From assembly GCA_965205505.1 (NCBI GenBank), contig CBDBHB010000009.1, forward strand, positions 2,912,001 through 2,976,000: a stretch of 64,000 nt of DNA. The letters run 5' to 3'. The DNA comes from Acidobacteriota bacterium (GTDB lineage Bacteria; Acidobacteriota; UBA890; WLXD01). A program made the translations under genes and the position numbers. Shown here piece by piece: positions 41,361-50,780 of this stretch. Within the stretch, counting starts at the first letter, position 1, and every line of letters begins with the position of its first letter. Below the pieces are notes generated by a model. It searched no databases. It worked only from the letters and a program-made list of their open reading frames with translations, and had not been told where the DNA came from.

Positions 41361-44285
41361 TCAGTTCAAACGCACCGACACCAGCTTGGAGACTCCGCTG
41401 TCCTCCATGGTGACGCCGTACAGCAGGTCGGCGACCTCCATGCTGAGCTTGTTGTGCGTGATCATGATGAACTGCGCCCGGTCCTGGAAGTGGTGCAAGG
41501 TCCGGATGAAACGCGCCACGTTGTTTTCGTCGAGCGCCGCGTCGGCCTCGTCGAGAATGCAGAACGGCGCCGGATGGTATTCGAAGATCGCGAACATCAA
41601 CGCCAGGGCGATCATCGAGCGCTCCCCGCCCGACATGAGGCGGATGCTCTGCAGCGTCTTGCCGGGCGGTTGCGCCATGATCTCGATGCCACTGTTGAGC
41701 GGATCGTCTGGGCACTCGAGTCGCATTCCGGCACGGCCGCCGCCGAACAGTTGCCGGAAGATGCGGTTGAAATAACCGTCGATAGCCCCGAACGCCTCGG
41801 TAAAGCGACCGATGCACTCCGCGTCGATCTTCTTTATGGCCTCGCGCAGGTTCGTGGTGGCGCCGTGGAGGTCGGCTCGCTGGCTGTTCAGCTCCTCGAA
41901 ACGATCCTTCTGCGACTCGTAGTCCTCGTAGGCGACCAGGTTCACCGGGCCCAGCCGATCGATGGCGGCGCGAACCCGTCCGATCTCCTCATCCAAGGCG
42001 GGCTCGTTCGGTGCCCCCGTCGCCGTGTCCGATCGATCATCGTCGACGCTCTCGACGGCGACCGAAGCCAGCAACTGTGCCGGGTCCGTATCCAGCCGTT
42101 CACGAATCTGCTCGTGCAGGTGCTGGCGCTCAATACGCACTTCGGCGGCATGCACCTCATTGGCCGAGCGACGTGATTGGGCCCGCTCGACCGCGTTGCG
42201 GTGCGCTCCGACGGCAGATTCCAACGCCGCCAGTTCGAACTCCTCGGCCAGATCGCTGCCATCATCTTCCCGTAGTCCTTCTTCGAGCTCAGCGCACAGC
42301 TTGCTGGACTCTTGCGCCCGCTCATCGGCGACTCCGGCGCTGACTTCGGCAGCGGCGCCGCTTGCTACCAGCGCCTTGGCATCGGCGTATGAGCGGGTAA
42401 TCTCCGCGTCTTGTCGCCGCACGCCCGCTTCCGCTACTTGGAGCTCGCGGGCCGCGGCGGCGGCCTGTGCACGCGCCGCCCCGAGCGACGTCTCGGCTCG
42501 ATCTACCTGCAGGCGCAGGGCCTCGATTTCTGCCGAGGGCACCACCTCCGTCGCCGTCGTGGAGGCAGGGAGCTCGACGCGGACTCCTGCGCGGGCCCCC
42601 TCGGTGATGCGGTCGACCGACTCGTTGCGATAACGGATCTCCGCGCCCCGCGCCCAGACCTGACCGAGTGCATCCACGAAGCCATGAGCCGGATTCTCGG
42701 CGGCAAGGCGCAGCGCATCATCTGGCGTGGCCACCAGCCAGGTGTTGGCCATGAGGTCGTCGAGGACCATCTTGCCGGCTGAGTTCCGCCCGCGCGCTGC
42801 TGCACGCAGGGGCTCCAGATCCGGTTCAGGCGCCGTGTTCACGGGCGTTGCGGTACCGAGGGGCCGTAGCCCCGCCGACACGCCGCGGCGCACCTCAGCG
42901 GCCTTCAACCAGACATCGATTTGCTTCGCCGACAGCATCGGCAAACGCAAGCTGTCGCCCAGCGCCAGGGCGACGGCGCCGCGGAGCTCCGGCTCGACCT
43001 CGATACAAGCCGCCAGCGTGCTTAGCTCCAAAACGTTGTCGGCCACCGCCGTGGCGTCGAGATGCGTGATCGGGTCCAAGCGCTGGCGCGCTTCTTGTAC
43101 AAGACGCTCGGCCGACCGCGCAGCTCGATCCCCCTCGTTGGATGCATTCCGTCGTGCATCGGCGATCGACTGGGCTTCGTCACGGGCAGTTTGCAGAGCT
43201 TGTAGCTTGCGCTGCAGCTCTTCCTGGCGCTCGACGACGAATGCGGCGCGATCGCGCTGTCTGGATGCCTCCGACCTGGCGCGCTCGTGCTCCACCTGCG
43301 CGTGGTAGAGCTTCTGCCGGGATTGCTCACGCTCCTGTCTTTGCTCCCGTCCGGCCTGGCGGGCGCGCTCCCAAGCTCTTGTCGCGGTCTCGAGCTCATC
43401 GCGGGCCACCTGCTCCCCCAAGCTGGCCGCCTCTACCGCCGCTGCGGCGATACGCGCCCCGCTCTCGGCCGCATGCAACCGCAGGGTGAACCAGGTTCGC
43501 TCCAGACCACGCAGTCGTTCGCGCAGCGCACGGTAGTGACGCGCCCGTCCCGCCTGCCGCTTGAGGCTCCGCATCTGCCGGGCAACCTCCTGGCAGATAT
43601 CGTCGACGCGCGCCAGATCCTGGGCCGTAGCCTCCAGCTTGAGGTTGGTGCCGTGCCTGTGCCGGCGATACAGCGAGATCCCGGCAGCCTCCTCGATCGG
43701 TGCTCGGCGCTCCATCGGACTGGCCGACAGAATCTGATCGATTCGCCCCTGGCCGATCGTGTAGCAGGCGCGCGCTCCGAGGCCGGTTCCCAGCAGCCGA
43801 TCGCGAACGTCGCGCAGCAGGCACTTCTCGCCGTTCAGCAGGTACTCGCTGTTGCCGGAGCGGAACAACCGGCGGGTGATCACCAACTCGCCCCCGAGAT
43901 CTTCGCCGCTGGAGGGTCGGGGTGTCCCGGCACCATCGCCCCCGTTCGTATCGGCCCGGTGGCGGTTGGCTTCGACGTCGGCGCCGACCGTGAACAGGTC
44001 AGCCGTCGGCTCTGGGCGCGTCGTCAGATGGAGGGTTACCTCGGCGGTGCTAGTGGGCTTGCGGCCGGCACTACCCTGGAAGATCACATCCTTCATGCGC
44101 TGAGCACGTAGCAGGCTGGTGCTCTGCTCCCCGAGAGCCCACATGATCGCGTCGGAGATATTGCTCTTGCCGCACCCGTTCGGACCGACGACTGCCGTAA
44201 TCCCCTCGGGAAAGACGAGCTCAGCTGCGTCGGCGAACGATTTGAAGCCGTAGATATCGAGCTTCGATAGACGCCACACGGGCAC
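41361..44285 (-). CDS. smc: Chromosome segregation protein SMC (short arms)
   Basis: GFKSFA, GPNGCGKSN, MSGGE, ILDEADAALD, hinge-like segment. scpAB nearby. Confidence 0.9.
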   Translation of the reverse strand: MPVWRLSKLDIYGFKSFADAAELVFPEGITAVVGPNGCGKSNISDAIMWALGEQSTSLLRAQRMKDVIFQGSAGRKPTSTAEVTLHLTTRPEPTADLFTVGADVEANRHRADTNGGDGAGTPRPSSGEDLGGELVITRRLFRSGNSEYLLNGEKCLLRDVRDRLLGTGLGARACYTIGQGRIDQILSASPMERRAPIEEAAGISLYRRHRHGTNLKLEATAQDLARVDDICQEVARQMRSLKRQAGRARHYRALRERLRGLERTWFTLRLHAAESGARIAAAAVEAASLGEQVARDELETATRAWERARQAGREQRQEREQSRQKLYHAQVEHERARSEASRQRDRAAFVVERQEELQRKLQALQTARDEAQSIADARRNASNEGDRAARSAERLVQEARQRLDPITHLDATAVADNVLELSTLAACIEVEPELRGAVALALGDSLRLPMLSAKQIDVWLKAAEVRRGVSAGLRPLGTATPVNTAPEPDLEPLRAAARGRNSAGKMVLDDLMANTWLVATPDDALRLAAENPAHGFVDALGQVWARGAEIRYRNESVDRITEGARAGVRVELPASTTATEVVPSAEIEALRLQVDRAETSLGAARAQAAAAARELQVAEAGVRRQDAEITRSYADAKALVASGAAAEVSAGVADERAQESSKLCAELEEGLREDDGSDLAEEFELAALESAVGAHRNAVERAQSRRSANEVHAAEVRIERQHLHEQIRERLDTDPAQLLASVAVESVDDDRSDTATGAPNEPALDEEIGRVRAAIDRLGPVNLVAYEDYESQKDRFEELNSQRADLHGATTNLREAIKKIDAECIGRFTEAFGAIDGYFNRIFRQLFGGGRAGMRLECPDDPLNSGIEIMAQPPGKTLQSIRLMSGGERSMIALALMFAIFEYHPAPFCILDEADAALDENNVARFIRTLHHFQDRAQFIMITHNKLSMEVADLLYGVTMEDSGVSKLVSVRLN

Positions 44286-44476
44286 CTGCCTCCTGTCCCT
44301 GTGCCACCCGACCGGCCAGTACAGCCTGTTCGTCTAGCGGGCGCCCCCTGACGATGCGCGAGCTGAGACCCCCTCGCTCCGCGCGCCACCGGCGGCGAGT
44401 GTAGCACGGTCCGTTTCCGTCGCCGACGAACCACAAGGCAATCCTGTTCGCCTCGGCAGGGTAGCACCAAGTCGGT

Positions 44477-44505
44477 TTGCGACCCCTTTTCCCCGTCGGT
44501 AGACT
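44477..44505 (+). promoter_or_regulatory. Putative sigma70 promoter of tRNA-Thr
   Basis: TTGCGA-17 nt-TAGACT followed by a GC-rich discriminator just ahead of the tRNA. Confidence 0.55.
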
Positions 44506-44517
44506 CCGCTTCGGCCA

Positions 44518-44589
44518 GCCGGCGTAGCTCAGTGGCAGAGCAGCTGATTCGTAATCAGCAGGTCCGCGGTTCAAATCCGCGCGCCGGCT
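44518..44589 (+). tRNA. tRNA-Thr(CGT), CCA not encoded
   Basis: GCCGGCG/CGCCGGC acceptor, GCTC/GAGC D-stem, GCTGA-TTCGTAA-TCAGC, CGCGG-TTCAAAT-CCGCG. Confidence 0.97.
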
Positions 44590-44655
44590 CTAGGATTTAT
44601 CGATTCGATAATCCGAGCGGTCACGGAACAGTCACGCCAACAGGACTGAGGCGGC

Positions 44656-45512
44656 ATGAGATTCTCCGAGCGCATCGGCGCGAAACCGCTCCGAGACGTC
44701 GTCCAAGTCACCTCGATGGACGACAACCTGCGCAACTCGCTCTGGAACTTGCTACTTCCGTGGGTCCAAGGGCGTAAAGGACAAGGCCATCTCTGGTGGG
44801 AAGCAGCGGTAGCGATCGCGCGCGACTTCACCAAGCAACCGGTAGACGAACTCCCACCCAACAACCAATACGATCTCCACGGATGGGTGAAGGAGATCTT
44901 CTTCGAATCCAAGTGGTTCGAGGTTTACGACCTGATTGAGTTTGTTGTCGGCAACGTCCCTGTCCCAGGACGGTCGCCCGAAGGCCTACGCGAAGCCGTA
45001 AACGAGATCCTCGAGCGCGAAGCATCAGGATACCGATTCATTGCGGAGCGCCTCGCGCCAATCTCCTCCGAGGTCGAGCTTGCGGCGATCGATGGCGCGG
45101 TGGCTGCAGCCGACGATCAGGGCCTGCACGTAGTCTCTGGTCACATTCGCACTGCGGTCGCTAAGCTCAGGGAACCGCCCGATGCCGACTACAGGAACGC
45201 CATCAAAGAGCTATCTCCGCGGTGGAGTCCGCGGCGAAGTTGGTCACTGGGATCGAAGGCGGCGGCCTGAAGCGTGCCCTCAAGGAACTGGCTCAGCGTG
45301 CGTACCTCCACGAGGCGCTTCGCGATGGCCTCGTGAAGCACGAGTATGCAAGCGACGAAGACGGGGTGCGACACGTGGCCTTGGAGGGCAGCAAGGTGGG
45401 CTTCGACGAGGCCAAATTCATGGTCGTCCTCTGTTCCGCCGCCAGCCACCTGTTGATCGTCAAGGCGGAAGCAGCCGGTCTTCTGACAGGGGACACGCGA
45501 GGAGGCCTATAG
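44656..45512 (+). pseudogene. AbiJ N-terminal-domain/HEPN protein, frameshifted near 45205-45222
   Basis: MRFSERIG..SMDDNLRNSLWN; DYRNAIKE continues as ISAVESAAK in another frame; YASDEDGVRH. Confidence 0.7.
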
Positions 45513-46531
45513 GCCTCCCGGCGGCTCAAACGGCCCGCCGCGGCTCGATTCTCTCGCCGGGGGAGTCTTGCGCCGTGGTGCCGGCAGCGAGGACGGCTTC
45601 CGCCGCGGTGTTGCGCGATCCTGGAGGCACGGGCCCAGCGTTTGGGACAACGCTACGCCTCCTCCTAGCCTCTAACAAGGCCGGTAGACACGCACGGCCG
45701 CAGCGTAGGTGCAAGTGTCGAGGGCTCGACGCGGTAGGCACCAGTCGCACATGCCGCATAGGGTCACCCGGCCACCTCTGGTGGCTGTGCGTGCCCTAGC
45801 ATGGATCTCGAGGGCGCTGGTTCACCCTTTGACCGTGCTCAGGGCTCGACGGCCCTTAGAAACGATCTGTGGCCTCGCAGCGCTCGGTCCCGAGATCACG
45901 CCGCGTAGCAGCCCGCTAGCAGCGTTCGACACGATGACCCCGACCAGAAGCGCCTCGCGCGGCGATGCGCCGGTTGCCCTGCTGCTCGGACACTTTCGGC
46001 ACGGTCGTGGCCTCAAAGGTGGGACCTTCGAGGCCATCGAAGATGATCACCACCTCCATGTTGCTGTGCTCGTCGATGCTGAGCACACGACCCATGGCCG
46101 TTTGTCCGGCGTGCCCTTCCACCGGATGATCCTCTCCCCGGCCATGAAGTACGAGGTATCCGGCCCGTTCGGGTCGCTCGAGGAGTGGAGCGCGAGAGGC
46201 GCCGGTCTCTGCGGTTGGCGCAATTTACGGCGGGAAACGAGCGCCCCCGTGGATCTGCCGGCCTCGAGATCAGCGCCGACGGACAGTCGAGCCCGAGTAG
46301 CAACCTGAGTCTCGGCGCCACGAGCACGACGTGCGCCCGGTATTCAAGCGAGTCGTCGATACGTGCGGCGCGGAGTTCGTCGCTCACACGCCGTTCTCCG
46401 GTTCTCCATCGGGGCGCATGACACCGTACATGGATGCGCCGGATCTTACAGCGAGACTGGTGCACGGGACGGAGCCATTGACTAGACTAGGCATCGGTAA
46501 TCTGACACCGTCACTCACCGAGGGTTCCGGA

Positions 46532-46801
46532 ATGGCTCATCGACTGTTGCGCACCGTTGCCGTTGCGCTGATGGTCGGCCTTTCTCTGAGCGTCGTCGTG
46601 CCGCACGCGCACACGCTCGGGGCACCGAACGACGGATGCCTGTGCAAGTGCAACACGGGCTCCGCCGGTTCGGCGATGACCACCAGCGCGCTGGACCATC
46701 CGCGTCCGACTTGCTGGCGTGACTCGGCACCGCAGGTCGCCTCCTCCGCGCCGCTCGCCGCGGCGCCGGTGATTCGTCGAGGACCACCCGTCTCCGCCTG
46801 A
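46532..46801 (+). CDS. DUF2946-like leader protein (89 aa) with C-terminal RGPP
   Basis: N-terminal hydrophobic segment, HAH, CLCKC, ends VIRRGPPVSA. Precedes a TonB receptor. Confidence 0.7.
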   Translation: MAHRLLRTVAVALMVGLSLSVVVPHAHTLGAPNDGCLCKCNTGSAGSAMTTSALDHPRPTCWRDSAPQVASSAPLAAAPVIRRGPPVSA

Positions 46802-46969
46802 TCGCGACGAATCTGTGGAGTCGCCGACTCCACTCGCGTTCGCCCGTCGCGGTCTGACGTTCCGAGCAGGAAACGCGGGCTGTCGTACCCGCGTCTCATT
46901 CGACGTCGCCGTTACTCCGAGATCCAGCCGTGGACCTGGAGAGTTCGGCTAAAGGCAGAGACGATACCG

Positions 46970-49324
46970 ATGAAAAGCTGTTTACAGTTCTTCCACAGGA
47001 TTTTCAGCCCTTCCCCCGGACCCCCATCCCGCGGTCTGGTGCTCGTGGCGGTCGCTGCGAGCCTCCTATTCGTGTCCTCGACATTCGCACTCGCGCAGGA
47101 GGCGAGCAGCATCGTGGGCACCGTGACGCTGGAAAACACCGGCGGTGCGCTGCACGGCGCACGCGTGCTCATCATCAACCTGGGTCGCTCGACCCTTTCC
47201 GACGAGGATGGGCGGTTCCGCTTCGACGGCGTGCCGGCAGGACAACATGAGCTGCTGGCGATGCGCGAGCACCTGCAGGCTGACCGTCAAACCGTCGAGG
47301 TCGGCGCAGGCGAGGCGACCACCGTCGACTTCGCGCTGGCGCTGGCGGCCGTCCACGAGGAAGTCACGGTAACCGCCACCGGCCGCATCACGACCGCCTT
47401 CGATGCGTTCAACACAGTGCAGGCACTCGACTCCATCGACCTTGCCCAGAACATGGCCGGCAACCTGGGGGAGCTGCTGGAGAACGAGCCCGGGGTGGCC
47501 AAGCGCAGCTTCGGACCGGGCTCGAGCCGTCCGATCATCCGCGGCTTCGACAACGATCGCGTGCTGTTGATGCAGGACGGCGTGCGCTCCGGGGACCTGT
47601 CGAGCCAGTCCGGCGATCACGGCGTCAGCATCGACCCCGCAGCACTCGGACGGGTCGAGATCCTCAAAGGCCCGGCCACGCTACTGTACGGGTCCAACGC
47701 CATCGGCGGCGTCGTCAACGCGATCTCGCCGCACCAGGCGTTCTACGAGAACCCGCCCGCCGAGCTACGGGGCCAGCTGAACGCCGACCTCGGCTCCACC
47801 AACGAGCAGGCCGGCGGTAACGCCAACTTCCAAGTCGGCAACGGTAAGATCATGGCCTGGTTCGGCGGCGGCGGCCGTCGCACGAGCGAGTACATCACGC
47901 CCGAGGGCACCGTCGAGAACTCGCAGACCGAGCAGATGAACGGTCGCGCCGGGCTCGGCTGGTTCGGCGACCGAGACTACATCTCGGTCAGCTACGAGAT
48001 CGAAGACGGCACCTACGGCATCCCGTTCGCCGGCGAGCTACACGGCCATCACGAAGAAGAGGAGGAAGAGGAGCCCCTGATCGACATCGACCAACGCCGG
48101 CAGGTAGTGCGCGTCGAAGGCGGGCTGCGCAACCTCCAGGGCCGCTTCATCGACGGCGTGAAGGCGATCTTCAGCTACGTCGACTGGCAGCACCAGGAGA
48201 TCGAGAGCTTCGCGGACACCGGCGTGCGGGAGGTCGGCACCGAGTTCGACAACAAGCACTACATCGGACGGATCGAGGTGCAGCAAACCCCGACCGAACG
48301 GCTCCAGGGGCAGTTCGGAGCGTGGGGTCAGCGCCGCGACTACGTGGCCATGGGGGAAGAAGCGCTGGCGCCCCCCACCCAGCAGGATGCCTTAGCGGCC
48401 TTCGCCTACGAGGAGCTCGAGCTCAAGGGCTGGAGCTTGCAGTTCGGTGGCCGCATCGAGACCAACAAGTACAAGCCCGAAGCCAGCGAGCGCGCAGCCG
48501 GCCACGAAGAGGAAGAGGGCGAACACCATGCCGAGGAGGCCCCTGAGGTTCGCGACCGCACCTTCACCGGGTTCTCGGGATCGGTAGGAGTCCGCGTGCC
48601 GTTCGCAGAGAATCGCGCGGCGCTGGTGGCCAACTTCACCAGCTCGTATCGTGCCCCCGCGCTGGAGGAGCTGTACAACTTCGGCCCCCATGTGGGGAAC
48701 CTGGCCTTCGAGATCGGCAACCCCGATCTGGAGCACGAGCGCTCCAACGGCGGCGAGGTGAACCTGCGCCTCAACACCGGCAAGGTGCGCGGCCAAGCGA
48801 GCGTCTTCTATTACGACATCAGCAACTTCATCTTCGGCGCTCCGACCGGCGAGGTGGTCGACGAGTTGCTGGAGCTCAAGTACGAACAGGGCGACAGCCG
48901 CTTCGTCGGTGCCGACCTGGCCCTGAGCTTTCACCTGGATGAGCGGTGGCGCCTGCACGTCGGCAGCGGCGTGATCGACGCCAGGCTCGAGGACACCGAC
49001 GAAGCGCTGCCGCGGATCCCGCCGTTGTCGGGCCGCCTGGCGCTCGACTGGCTGCCGGTGAATGGACTGCTGATCCGGCCCGAGCTGCTCGTCGCTGCCA
49101 AACAGGACAATGTGTTCGGCGCGGAAACGCCGACCGACGGCTACACGACGGCCAACCTGATGGCGTCGTACACGATCGCCGGCTCCAAGATGATGCACGT
49201 GTTCACGCTCAAGAGCACCAATCTCGGCGACACGCTCTATCGGAACCACACGTCGCTGATCAAGGACCTGGCTCCGGAGATGGGACGCAGGGTCCTGCTG
49301 ACCTACGGACTGCGGCTGTTCTGA
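46970..49324 (+). CDS. TonB-dependent receptor, ZnuD-like metal transporter
   Basis: Signal peptide, N-terminal beta-sandwich extension, plug PGV..SFGPGSSRPIIRG..GDH, His/Glu-rich loops, terminal F. Confidence 0.88.
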   Translation: MKSCLQFFHRIFSPSPGPPSRGLVLVAVAASLLFVSSTFALAQEASSIVGTVTLENTGGALHGARVLIINLGRSTLSDEDGRFRFDGVPAGQHELLAMREHLQADRQTVEVGAGEATTVDFALALAAVHEEVTVTATGRITTAFDAFNTVQALDSIDLAQNMAGNLGELLENEPGVAKRSFGPGSSRPIIRGFDNDRVLLMQDGVRSGDLSSQSGDHGVSIDPAALGRVEILKGPATLLYGSNAIGGVVNAISPHQAFYENPPAELRGQLNADLGSTNEQAGGNANFQVGNGKIMAWFGGGGRRTSEYITPEGTVENSQTEQMNGRAGLGWFGDRDYISVSYEIEDGTYGIPFAGELHGHHEEEEEEEPLIDIDQRRQVVRVEGGLRNLQGRFIDGVKAIFSYVDWQHQEIESFADTGVREVGTEFDNKHYIGRIEVQQTPTERLQGQFGAWGQRRDYVAMGEEALAPPTQQDALAAFAYEELELKGWSLQFGGRIETNKYKPEASERAAGHEEEEGEHHAEEAPEVRDRTFTGFSGSVGVRVPFAENRAALVANFTSSYRAPALEELYNFGPHVGNLAFEIGNPDLEHERSNGGEVNLRLNTGKVRGQASVFYYDISNFIFGAPTGEVVDELLELKYEQGDSRFVGADLALSFHLDERWRLHVGSGVIDARLEDTDEALPRIPPLSGRLALDWLPVNGLLIRPELLVAAKQDNVFGAETPTDGYTTANLMASYTIAGSKMMHVFTLKSTNLGDTLYRNHTSLIKDLAPEMGRRVLLTYGLRLF

Positions 49325-49451
49325 GACTTACGTAGTGAGCACAGCCCGAGACGACGACGGCTGATCGCGACGTCAGGCGAAGCGGGTGCATGGGCACAGC
49401 GCCGGTGACTTCGGCATCCGGCGTCAGAACCGTCCCCACTCCCTTACAGGC

Positions 49452-49574
49452 TAAGCGAGACTCAACCGATTCCTATCACTCAAAGATTTTGCCCTATGGA
49501 ACAATCTAGTTTGGCCAAATGAGCGACCCTTCCCCTGCTTCAATTGCTCGCCCGTCTTCTTGAAAAAAGGACGC
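49452..49574. repeat. Copy 1 of a ~120-bp non-coding direct repeat (copy 2 is 50282-50340 plus 53883-53945, split by the IS)
   Basis: Shared ordered blocks TAAGCG.GACTCA, CTATGG.ACAAT, TTTGGCCA, GACCCT.CCCC, ATTGCTCGC, TCTTC.TGAAA, GGACGC. Confidence 0.7.
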
Positions 49575-50229
49575 ACGCGCGCACGATCGGGGTAGCGGCC
49601 GGGACGTTCCCGCTCGATGCGATCGGCAGACCGGCCACCTCCACAGGCATTGCGGCGCGGCCTACCGCGGCCGGTGCGGGGTTTTGACCGTGAGTCTCGA
49701 ACAGGGCCGGACTGCAGACCGGGAACAACGTCTCCTCGAACAGCGTCTCCCGGCGGGTCGTCTCCGCGCTCGGCGCCTTGGCCTCGCCGGCATAGGTGAT
49801 CCAGACGTCGAAGTCGTGCCGGTTGGGGTCGACGCCCAAGTGGTCGGTCTCCAACTCGATGATAACGCCAGGGTGGGACACCTGGAAATCCGCCAGCTTC
49901 GGCATGAGCCACCGCTCGGCGACGGATTCGACCGAAACCAGTTTCAGCCGCTGTATCCCGGAATCGCCGCGGCAGCGTTCCGTGATGTCCCGGATCTCGG
50001 CCAGAATGCGCTGGACATCCTTCAGATACGCCTTGCCGCGCCCGTTCAGGCGCACACTACGATGACTGCGCTCGAACAGCGCGCCGTCGAGATGCTCTTC
50101 CAGTACCTTGATGCGGTGGGCAACGGCCGACGATGAGACGTTGAACTCCTCAGCCGCCTTGGCGAAGCTCTCGCGGCGGGCCGCGGCTTCGAAGAAGCGC
50201 AGGCATTCAAGCGGCGGAAGTGGCGGCAT
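49540..50229 (-). pseudogene. LysR-family (GcvA-like) regulator, C-terminally truncated
   Basis: LPPL..LRFFEAAARRESF.KAAEE.NVS.SAV HTH; similarity ends after PVCSPAL (~180 aa). Confidence 0.8.
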
Positions 50230-50469
50230 GGTCGCGGATCTCCGAACAGGAATAGGTGCTCCTTTGATTGCCTACATAGGGTAAGCGTGACTCACAGGAG
50301 TTTTGGAATATAAAATTAACGGCTATGGGACAATTAAATTCGGCAGTGTGTACTTGTTGCAAATGTGCGTAGAACCGCGCAGCCTTTGGCGAGAATAGAC
50401 ATGGCGAGGGCTTGGCGCGTCAAGGCCGGGAATGGATTCGGTGGGGCGCTGCAGGGCTCGGGAGCCGAC

Positions 50470-50643
50470 TCAGTCTTTAGTCGGATCTTCTTCGTTTGCC
50501 GACTTGGCTGACGCGCTGCGGCCCTTCTTCTCGGGCGGCGCTGTCAGGAGCCGATGCACGGCTTCCTCGGGATCAATGTCGATCCGCAACCGGTCGGCTG
50601 TAGGCCCTGGTTTCTTCTTTTCATCGGGCTTTGAAACACTCAT
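50470..50643 (-). CDS. Small 57-aa hypothetical protein inside the IS
   Basis: Hand-translated MSVSKPDEKKKPGPTADRLRIDIDPEEAVHRLLTAPPEKKGRSASAKSANEEDPTKD; shorter than any ORF in the track. Confidence 0.55.
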   Translation of the reverse strand: MSVSKPDEKKKPGPTADRLRIDIDPEEAVHRLLTAPPEKKGRSASAKSANEEDPTKD

Positions 50644-50668
50644 GTCTCAAGGCTACCATTGGTGCGAG

Positions 50669-50756
50669 TGCCCCCGGCGGGATTCGAACCCGCAAGACGT
50701 GAAATCGTCAACCGGTTGCAAACCGGGCGTGTATGCCGATTTCCACCACGGGGCGC
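50669..50756 (-). tRNA. Atypical class II tRNA: Leu-type body, anticodon UGC (Ala), irregular acceptor stem
   Basis: GTG-GAAATCGGCATA-CAC D-arm; CCGG-TTTGCAA-CCGG; V-arm GACG/CGTC; GCGGG-TTCGAAT-CCCGC; A73. Confidence 0.75.
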
Positions 50757-50780
50757 TTTTCTTGTCTCTCGGGACCAAAA

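Noticed and set aside
45513-46500. Several overlapping ORFs between AbiJ and the leader peptide
   Set aside because: No recognisable motif or consistent frame; probably degraded sequence
50669-50756. The odd tRNA as an allo-tRNA/tRNA-Sec, tRNA-Cys(GCA) or an att-site fragment
   Set aside because: The T-stem is a normal 5 bp and an 8/4 fold pairs poorly; the 7-nt loop centres on UGC; it is full length, unrelated to tRNA-Thr and lies inside the IS
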